From the NCBI RefSeq assembly GCF_006345805.1, contig NW_021829665.1:1-31878 (forward strand): a stretch of 31,878 nucleotides of DNA, in the 5' to 3' direction. The DNA comes from Octopus sinensis (lineage: Eukaryota). Below are positions 23,206-31,878 of this stretch, in pieces (positions within the stretch are counted from its first letter, which is position 1; each line of letters starts with the position of its first letter). Under the pieces are notes generated by a model. It did no database searches, was not told the DNA's origin, and saw only the letters and a list, made by a program, of their open reading frames with translations. The translations under genes were made by a program, and so were the position numbers.

Positions 23206-23524
23206 CAATGCCTTTCAACCTTTTTACCCTTGCATAACCCTTAAAATAAATTACATATCTCGATGAACCCCTGCACAAAAAAATTATATACCATATTTTT
23301 CTCATATTTTTTTTATTGTAGTTCACATGGTAAATATCATATATATATATATATATATATAGGCATGGGAGTGGCTGTGTGGTAAGTAGCTTGCTTACTA
23401 CCACATGGTTCTGGTTCATTCCCACTGCATGGCACCTTGGGCAAGTGTCTTCTACTATAGCCTCGGGCTGACCAAAGCCTTGTGAGTGGATTTGGTAGAT
23501 GGAAACTGAAAAAAGCCCGTCGTA

Positions 23525-23568
<44 letters not shown>

Positions 23569-23796
23569 CGTGCGTGTGTGTGTGTGTGTGTATGTTTGTG
23601 TGTCTGTGTTTGTCCACCACAACATCACTTGACAACCAATGCTGATGTGTTTACGTACCCATAACTTAATGGTTCAGCAAAAGAGACCGATAGAATAAGT
23701 ACTAGGCTTACAAAGAATAAGTCCTGGGGTCGATTTGCTCGACTAAAGTCGGTGCTCCAGCATGGCCACAGTCAAATGACTGAAACAAGTAAAAGA

Positions 23797-23837
<41 letters not shown>

Positions 23838-24076
23838 TATATATATAAGGTGTCCATATAACAACATCACTCAATATATCCCCAATGGTTGTTATATATC
23901 TTTTTGATAACATAATAGGTTAGATAGGATGATACTTATATTACAAGATTACAACAATCAACAATATGTTGTGCATGTATAGTAATATAACAATCATGAA
24001 ATTAGCATTAGCCTATCTCACTCTTTCTCATGGAACCCCTAGGAACCTTTTGCGGAATCCTGGTTGAGAAACACTG
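23206..24076. mobile_element. hAT (Charlie-type) MITE interrupted by a SINE
   Basis: Ends CAATGCCTTTCAACC and GGTTGAGAAACACTG; 8-bp TSD ATCTAGAT (23198-205) and CTCTAGAT (24077-84) fit the hAT NTCTAGAN target preference. Confidence 0.8.
23361..23797 (+). mobile_element. SINE family A, full length
   Basis: Complete head, microsatellite core and tail. Confidence 0.92.
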
Positions 24077-24120
24077 CTCTAGATTGGACAGAAGAAAGGG
24101 AAGCTTCAACTAGCTCTGGA

Positions 24121-24351
24121 TGGATCGAGCTGGCAGAAACGTTAGCATGCCGGGCGAAATGCGTAGCCGTATTTCATCTGCTGTTACGTTCTGAGTTCAA
24201 ATTCCGCCGAGGTCGACTTTGCCTTTTATCCTTTCGGGGTCGATTAAATAAGTACCAGTTATGCACTGGGGTCGATATAATCGACTTTATACCTTTGCCT
24301 GTCCTTGTTTGTCCTCTCTGTATTTAGCCCCTTGTGGGTGGTAAAGAAATA
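24121..24351 (+). mobile_element. SINE family B, near full length, young
   Basis: Reverse-complement match to 28237-28467; B-box-like GAGTTCAAATTCC. Confidence 0.9.
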
Positions 24352-25064
24352 GAATGGAGATGTCCTGATTTTTCTCCATTTGTACATTAGTTTGACAAAA
24401 ACAATACAGGTATCTCAAATGAATTTATGCTCATACCAGGTGCAAAGGAAAGTGAATATCTTGCTGTACTTATATTTTGTACTTGTTTAAAGTGAAAATA
24501 AGTATAAAAAATTACCATTAAGGAAAAGAGACATTTAAAAACTATTTTGCTCATTTGGCACACATTCATGCACTCCTTGCCTGCCATTTAAGAGTTTAAG
24601 CAGAGGGCTCGTTAACCTGCCTTGCTATCTTTGATGGGTTAATTGGTTGTTAGATAGGTGAAGCAAATTTACTGCCAAAAGTATTTGGCCACAAACTAGT
24701 GAAGCTCCGACATTTTCAATGACCTGAAGTACATTTTTGATATGACCTGGCAGGGTACATCTAAGCGGTTGTGTGTGAAGAGATGAGTATGTAAAGTCAG
24801 TGATGGTTAGTTAAAGACTGATGTGAATGCACACATACATATATATATGTATCTGTGTGTATATTTGTAAATATGATTATACTTGGATATACACACTGCA
24901 CCAATGTGTATTCAAGTATCCCTGAAGATGTATGTATGTGAACAGAAAAGCGTGTAGGGTTGAGGGTGTATATGAATGCATGCAGAAGTTATATTTTCTC
25001 AAGTATATGCTTATGAATAACGTTTTGTTTCTCAGAATATATATATGTACACACACACACACAC

Positions 25065-25100
<36 letters not shown>

Positions 25101-25183
25101 ATACATACATACACGCATATACTTATATATATATATACACACACATGTATATATAATATATATTATGTATGTGTATATGTATA

Positions 25184-25232
<49 letters not shown>

Positions 25233-26379
25233 ATAATTCTAAGTGTGTTGGTATATGAATACATGTATAATGTATTTTCTGCTTTTTATGTTTAAAATGG
25301 TATAAAACAGTGTATTAATAATAAGTATTAATTAAAAAAAAAGCACACTAATTAAATAATTTATTAATTTAGCTCTCACATCAGTGATGCCAATAATATT
25401 TGTTCTCTCCCATTGTGAGAACTGCAGAGTAAAAAGGTAGACAGCCAGGTGCCATGTCCACAAGGTAGCTTTGATTCCTAGTCGAAGCTAACTTAATTTT
25501 TTTTTTAATCCATAGTTCTACATTTGGTAATAATGTCCATTTTTTTTTTATTATTGTTGATAATTTTTATTTTGTTTGATATTGCTTATATTTGCTGATA
25601 ATATTTGTTTTTGTTGACAACATTTATGTTGGTTGAAAATGTTTGGTATTTGTTAATGACGCTTGTCTCTTTTTCTTTAATTCTCATTTTTGATTCGTTT
25701 ATATTTAATTCTTATTTCTAAAATTCCACGTCCTGTTTTATTAATATTTGCTGATATTTATGTTCAATATTCCTCTTATTTTCTTTAATTTTTTTCTTCT
25801 TATTCATTTTGTTTCATACGTGCAGTACTGCAATTTTTGTTAACATACTTTTTTTTTTCTCTAATAATGTTTGTTTGTTATTAATGGTGTTTTTCATTCT
25901 TCTTTCTAATTTTCCAGTTCTGTTTTGGAAATGTATTTTGTGTTTTCTAGCTGTTTTTTGAGTTTCTTCTCAAGATTTATTTTTTTTCAAATTCTGTGTT
26001 CAGTTCTACTAATGATGCTTATTTCTTGTTAATAAAATACATACATACATGCATATATTTTTTAAATCTCTAGTTCTGTTCTGTTTTGTTCGTAATCTTC
26101 TTTCTTCATTTTCTTTTCTTTCTTAAAAAAAAAAAGCCGAAGAGATAACACATTCCATTATACTGGTTTATCTGTTAGAAAAGCAGCAGAGGCTTTAACC
26201 TGTAATTACATAAAGAAGATGAAATATGTTGAATTACTAATAGATAAGACTTGCTATAAAAAAAAAAATTCTAACAGGTAATGTTACCAAGAAACTATTT
26301 GCTGCCATCAAATTCAATGATCTTGTTCAAAGAAATCTAATGTTGTTATGCCTTGTTATACTTTGCAGTACTGAGAAAA

Positions 26380-27017
26380 GGTGCATGGCTCAGTGGTTAG
26401 AGCATCAGGCTCGTAATCATGAGGTAGGGAGTTTGATTCCTGGACTGGGCTGTGCATTGTGTTCTTGAGCAAGACACTTTATTTCACATTGCTCCAGTTC
26501 ACTCATCTGTAGAAATGGGTTGCCAAGCTGTATCAGCCTTTGCCTTTCCCTTGGATAACATTGATGGTGTGGAGGGGAGGCTAGTATGCATGGCTGACTG
26601 CTGGTCTTCCATAAACAACCTTGCCTGGACTTGTGCCTTGGAGGGGAACTTTATAGGTGCAATCACATGGTCAGTCATGACCAAAGGGGGTCTTTACCCA
26701 TTACTCTATGTGTATATAATGGCATGGAGAGGGGAGACCGGTATGCATGGGTGACTGCTGGTCTTCCGTAAACAACCTTGCCTGGACTTGTGCCTTGGAG
26801 GGGAACTTTATAGGTGCAATCACATGGTCAGTCATGACCAAAGGGGGTCTTTACCCATTACTCTATGTGTATATAATGGCATGGAGAGGGGAGACCGGTA
26901 TGCATGGGTGACTGCTGGTCTTCCATAAACAACCTTGCCTGGACTTGTGTCTTGGAGGGGAACGTTATAGGTGCAATCTCATGGTCACTCATAACTGAAG
27001 GGGGTCTTTACCCTATT
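26380..27017 (+). mobile_element. SINE family C with triplicated 157-bp 3' unit and 11-bp TSD
   Basis: A box GGCTCAGTGGTTAG, B box GAGTTTGATTCC; TSD TACTGAGAAAA at 26369-79 and 27018-28. Confidence 0.9.
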
Positions 27018-27544
27018 TACTGAGAAAATGAGTGATTTGAATTAACATTGCAGAGGTATTTATGGAGTGCTTTAGCAGGTATATGTGGAGAGGCACTATG
27101 TTGATGGTATTCAAATGACCTGGTCTCTAGTTAGAGGATTACTAGACATTGATAAGTTGCTTCTTCTTACCACAGCAACCCATAAAATGTAGTTGATTTT
27201 TTCCTTGATGCCAGTCTTGGAAGCTCTGCAAGAAGGTCTTAGTATTGCTGTTCCATCTCTGCTTATTGTAGCCAGATTTGAAAAAAAACCCACCCACCAA
27301 AAAACAATTGATTCTACAGCAAGCAACCTGTTCTTTTCTCAATCCCTCATCTGCTATCTATCTAGGTGCCTCCTTTGGGGTTTATAGTTTTGCAAGGTGC
27401 ATGGTAGCCTCAATAATGATTGATGATGCGATGAAAAACAAAAACAGAAATAAAAAAAACACTCAATACACTCTCTAAGCCGATTGGATTTAGTAAGGTA
27501 TCCATCTGTTGAAAAAATGTCAAAGTAGACAGTGTAGTGCATAT

Positions 27545-27695
27545 GTGTGTCTGTGTGGTAAGAAGCTTGCTTCCCAACCACATGGTTCTAGGTTCAGTCC
27601 AACTATGTGGCACCTTGGCCAAATGTCTTCTACTATAGTCTCAGGCCAACCAAAGCCTTGTGAGTGAATTTGGAAGACAGAAACTGAAAAAAGCT
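27545..27695 (+). mobile_element. SINE family A head
   Basis: Colinear with the family A 5' half. Confidence 0.8.
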
Positions 27696-27702
27696 GAACT
27701 AT

Positions 27703-27736
<34 letters not shown>

Positions 27737-28034
27737 ATAGTTCCAACTAACAGATGCTAAAAAAATTGTGGTAATTATGGAAGTTGGGTATATATTGTAA
27801 AATGCATGCACTTTCTTTTATTCTTTTACTTGTTTCAGTCACTTAACTGTGGCAATGCCTTAAAGAAATCAACCCCGGAACTTATACTTTGTAAGCCTAG
27901 TACTTATTCTGTTGTTTTCTTTCCACTGAACTGCTAAGTTACAGGGATGTAAACACACCAACATCAGTTGTCAAGCAATTGTGGTGGGGGGACAAACACA
28001 GACACAAAGACACACACACACACACACATATATA

Positions 28035-28222
28035 GGGAGAATTCACAAATAAACAAAAGATGAAGACAGGTGGTGTAGAAAACAAACAGATGTATTAGTG
28101 TAACGCTCGGGAATTGAAAAGTTTTTAATGTTTCGAGCATATGCTCTTCCACTGAAAGGAACACTCAAAGAAACAAGGAGAGCAAAAAAATGTGTGTAGT
28201 GGCTAGCGATCTATCATGGTGA
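28035..28222 (-). mobile_element. Penelope-like terminal fragment with degenerate minimal hammerhead-like motif
   Basis: Minus strand reads CTTTCAGTGGAAGAGCATATGCTCGAAACATTAAAA, followed by a T-rich tail. Confidence 0.4.
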
Positions 28223-28236
28223 TATATATATATATA

Positions 28237-28467
28237 TTTCTTTACTGCCCACAAGGGGCTAAACATAGAGAGGACAAACAAGGACAGACGAAGGGAATAA
28301 GTCGATTACATTGACCCCAGTGCGAAACTGGTACTGTATTTATCGACCCCAGAAGGATGAAAAGCACAGTCGACCTCGGCGGAATTTGAACTCAGAACAT
28401 AATGGCAGACGAAATACGGCTACGCATTTTGCCCGGTGTGCTAACGTTTCTGCCAGCTCGTCGCCTT
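28237..28467 (-). mobile_element. SINE family B, full length, inserted in (TA)n
   Basis: Reverse complement of the 24121-24351 family; (TA)n on both sides. Confidence 0.9.
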
Positions 28468-28474
28468 ATGATAC

Positions 28475-28531
<57 letters not shown>

Positions 28532-28819
28532 TGTGTGTGTGTCTTTGTGTCTGTGTTTGTCCTCCCACCACAATTGCTTGACAACTGATGTGGAAAGAAA
28601 GCAACAGAATAAGTACTAGGCTTGCAAAGAATAAGTTGCGGGGTCGATTTCTTTAAGGAGTTGTCACAGTCAAGTGACTGAAGCAAGTCAAAGAATAAAA
28701 GAACGTACTACACATATTAATGCATTTTACAATATATGTCCAACTTCCATAATTACCAATTTTTTTTAGCATCGGTTAGTTGAACTGCACAAATGAGTGG
28801 GGTGGGGAGTTCTGTGATA

Positions 28820-29340
28820 CATGTGATACTCAGCACTTAATCCTTGGTCATATCCTCTGTGAGCAGCTGATCATCTTGAGATCAGTTTTCTCCCACTTCA
28901 TCGCACATTTTCCTTGGCTTCCCTCTTTAACAGGTTATATCAACTGCAATTTATGGAGCTGTCATGTTCCATATTCATCACATGCCCATAGCACGGTCTT
29001 CTCTCTTGGAGGCAATATCTGATTCCTTTTATGCCATTTGTGCTTGGTCATTCATTCACATTGCTCATAATCACTTCATTTCTATCTTGTCTTGACATGT
29101 CATCAGCGTTCTCAGCCCACATCTTAATTCTATGCAGCATTCACAGTTCATATACAAAGCATCACACAATCTACCTGTTGCTCTGAGGGAGAAACACCAA
29201 GCTATTGTACAATCAGAGGTAATAGCCTCCTAAAATTTCTTCAGCTTATTTTTTTGTTTACAGGTTTCTATACATTCGAATATGCATTTCTACTGCTAAT
29301 TAGACCACCAGGGTAATGGAAATATCAACTACTTTTAGAG
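28820..29340 (-). mobile_element. Degenerate RTE ORF2 C-terminal remnant
   Basis: Minus translation KGIRYCLQERR.CYGHVMNMEHDS resembles RTE GIR..VQERRL.WYGHV. Confidence 0.6.
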
Positions 29341-29442
29341 AGCCGTCTTAGTGTTTTGTTGTCATTATACATCTACTGCATACAAAGTCTACTTTTCTGT
29401 TTGTTTGTCTGTGATCCCACTCCACTTCTTGCGCATCCATAT

Positions 29443-29850
29443 ATCATCATCATCATCTTCGTCATCATCTTTGTTTAATGTCCACTTTCCATGCTGGCAT
29501 GAGTCGGACGGTTTGACTGAGAGCTGGCAAGCCAGAAGGCTGCACCAGGATCCAGTCTGATCTGGCAAAGTTTCTACAGCTGGATACCCTTCCTAACGCC
29601 AACCACTCTAGGAGTGTAGTGAGTGCTTTTTATGTGCCACTGGCACGAGAGCCAGTCAGGTGGTACTGGCATCATCCACGCTTGAATGGTGCTTTTTACA
29701 TGCCACCAGCATGAGAGCCAGTCAGGTGCACTGGCAACGATCATGCTTGAATAGTGCTTTTTAAATGCCTCTGGCACAGGACCAGTCAGGCGGCACTGGC
29801 ATCGACCACGTTTGAATGATACTTTTTACGTGTCACTAGCATGAGTGCCA
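29443..29850 (-). mobile_element. RTE-type 3' UTR and tail with about 65-bp tandem units
   Basis: (CAT)n tail and CCATGCTGGCATG motif; GTGCTTTTT units start at 29623, 29689, 29754 and 29819. Confidence 0.8.
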
Positions 29851-29851
29851 A

Positions 29852-31095
29852 TCTGGTGTAAGCTTTAGACAGATAAAAGGTGCAGCAATATTAGAGGAAG
29901 GTTAACAGGGAAAATAGCTTTTCTGTCTGGTAGATACACAGGTACAAAAAATGCTGAAAATGGGCAGAAAATAGACTTCATCAACTGTCAGCGGGGTAAG
30001 CTATTGGTAGTTGATAGCTTCTGTTATCTAGGTGACCAAGTTAATAGCTCTGAGAATGTAGCTGTGAGAATAAGATTAGGCTGGGCAAAGTTCAGAGAGC
30101 TCCTACCTCTGCTGGCAACAAAGGGCCTCTTTTTCAGAGTGTATGATGCCTGTGTATGAACAGCTATGTTGCATAGCAGTGAAACATGGACTGTGACAGC
30201 CGAGAACATGTGCAGGTTTAAAAGAAACAAAGCCAGTATGCTTTGCTGGATGTGCAATGTCAGTGCGAATGTTCGACAGAGTGTAAGTCAGGCATAAGAG
30301 GTATCAGATGTGGTGTGCAAGAGATGACTGCACTGGTATGGTTATGTAATGCATATGAATGAGGCCAACTGTGTAAAGAAGTGCTGATCTCTGACTGTGA
30401 AGGGAACCTGTGGTAGAGGTAAACCCAGGAAGACAGCGTTGGTGAAGCATGATCTTTGAACTCTGAGCCTCACTGAGGCAATGACTTGTGACCGAGACCT
30501 TTGGCAATATGCTGTACTTAAGAAGACCTGTCAAGCCAAGTGAAATCGTAGTTGTGACCGATGTTGGTGTCATGTAACTGGCACCCATGTTGGCAGTGCA
30601 TAAAGAGCACCTTTTGAGCGTTGAGCCTCATGGAGGCAAAGTGTCTGAGTTCCTTTCAAACACTGGGCCTCATAGAGGCAAGTTCCTTTCAAGTGTTGAG
30701 CCTCACGGAGGCAAAGTGGCTGAGTTCCTTTCAAGTGCTGGGCCTCAGGGAGGCAATGACCAAAATCTTTGGCATTGTTTCATGCTTGAGAAGAAGACCC
30801 ATCAAGTTGAGCAAAATCACAGTTGTGGCATATACTTGCATCACGCAAGTGGCACCCATGCCAGTGGCACCTATGCCAGTGGCACCCATGCCAGTGGCAC
30901 ATGAAAGCACCCATTACACTCTTGGAGTGGTTGGCATTAAAAAGGGCATCTAGCCATAGAAACCATACCAAATCAGACTGGAGTCTGGTGCAGCCTTCCA
31001 GCTTGCCAGCCCTGGTCAAACCATCCAACCCATGCCAGCATGGACAACATACATTAAATGATGATGATAATGATGATGATGATGATGATGATGAT
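29852..31095 (+). mobile_element. 5'-truncated RTE-clade LINE (ORF2 C-terminal pseudogene, 3' UTR and (GAT)n tail)
   Basis: Translation KRCSNIRGRLTGK...VVDSFCYLGDQV...RIRLGWAKFRELLPLLATKG...SETWT...LHWYGYVM...CGRGKPRKT...DRDLWQ with stops and frameshifts, ending at about 30543. The UTR has tandem units, including a 15-bp AGTGGCACCCATGCC repeated about 3.5 times. Confidence 0.9.
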
Positions 31096-31502
31096 ATGGA
31101 CATATCAATATATTGTGTTTATTCAAAAATTTTATATCTTTGAATTTCTGTGAGTCTAATAATATTAGAAGTGGCAACAAGACACTTGAGCATTGAAGTA
31201 CCAACTGATCAAAGACAGAAAGATTTGAAATAGATGAAGTTGATGCAAGAGTCCAGTTAATTAATACAGCTTTAGTCTATAGAATGTTGATGACATATTA
31301 ACCAACAGAGTTTATTGATTATGCAAATGTGATGAATTGTTTAACATGCAGAAAGTAAAGCTGCTTAAAGTCATGATCAGAATATTTACAAATAAAAGTT
31401 CAAATGCCTTATCTAAAAGGTACACTAAGTATCTAAGCTGTTTCTCTTGTTCTTGTTGTTGTTCTTGTTTGAACCTGGCTCAGCCTATCATTTTGTATAT
31501 GC

Positions 31503-31670
31503 AGGTGCAGGAGTGGCTGTGTGGTAAGAAGCTTGCTTCCCAACCACATAGTTCCAGGTTCAGTCCCACTGCATAGCACCTTGGGTAAAGTGTCTTTTAC
31601 TATAGCATTGGGCTGACAAAAGCCTTGTGATGAATTTGGAAGACAGAAACTGAAAGAAGCCTGTTGCATA
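31503..31670 (+). mobile_element. SINE family A head
   Basis: Colinear with the family A 5' half. Confidence 0.85.
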
Positions 31671-31718
31671 TATATATTATAAAATGAGATAGGGGTTGAA
31701 AATTTGTAGTATATAATA

Positions 31719-31769
<51 letters not shown>

Positions 31770-31878
31770 TATATATTATACACATATATATATGTAGGTC
31801 CCGGGTTGATTCGGGGTTAACCACAGTAAATAAGGTCTCAATACATAGCAGAGTAAAATTAATTTATTATATAGAAGG

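Larger units (their letters stand above)
27739..28786. repeat. Inverted duplication: arms about 27739-28030 and 28495-28786 (SINE A tail plus unique flank)
   Basis: The arms share about 67 bp of non-SINE flank and the same idiosyncratic SINE deletion; the right arm lacks a further 35 bp or so. Confidence 0.9.

Noticed and set aside
22991-23635. 214-aa minus-strand ORF
   Set aside because: It starts inside a SINE, runs through (TA)n and a hAT MITE end, and contains no recognisable domain.
24590-24800. Possible exon in unique sequence
   Set aside because: All frames close within about 30 codons and no convincing splice-site pair or known motif was found.
26380-26460. tRNA gene (also the other SINE heads)
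   Set aside because: A and B boxes are present, but there is no complete cloverleaf or acceptor stem and each continues into a SINE body.
27060-27400. Short overlapping ORFs
   Set aside because: No recognisable domain or splice signals; probably old repeat debris.
31794-31878. Possible start of another element (TGTAGGTCCCGGGTTGATTCGGGG)
   Set aside because: Truncated by the window end; it cannot be classified from the sequence shown.

Overview
Eukaryotic, AT-rich, extremely repeat-dense non-coding DNA, probably from an octopus. That assignment is inferred from recalled cephalopod SINE and RTE-tail sequences and the microsatellite load; it was not checked by search. No host protein-coding gene can be supported. 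The long ORFs in the track are translations of (CA)n, (TA)n, (CATA)n and (GAT)n tracts or of decayed transposons. The window holds many tRNA-headed SINE copies (about four families), RTE LINE remnants and 3' tails, an internally deleted mariner with both TIRs and TA TSD, hAT- and piggyBac-type MITEs interrupted by SINEs, a long-TIR MITE, a Gypsy-like pol remnant and Penelope-like fragments. The most unusual property is a high density of inverted duplications: two fold-back hairpins at 13.3-13.9 kb and two spacer-separated inverted duplications of host DNA (17805-21771 and 27739-28786). Each of the latter has a hammerhead-ribozyme-like, Penelope-type fragment at the inner junction. This suggests, by inference only, retroelement-driven inverted duplication of flanking DNA. 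All identities were estimated by eye and coordinates of degenerate repeats are approximate.
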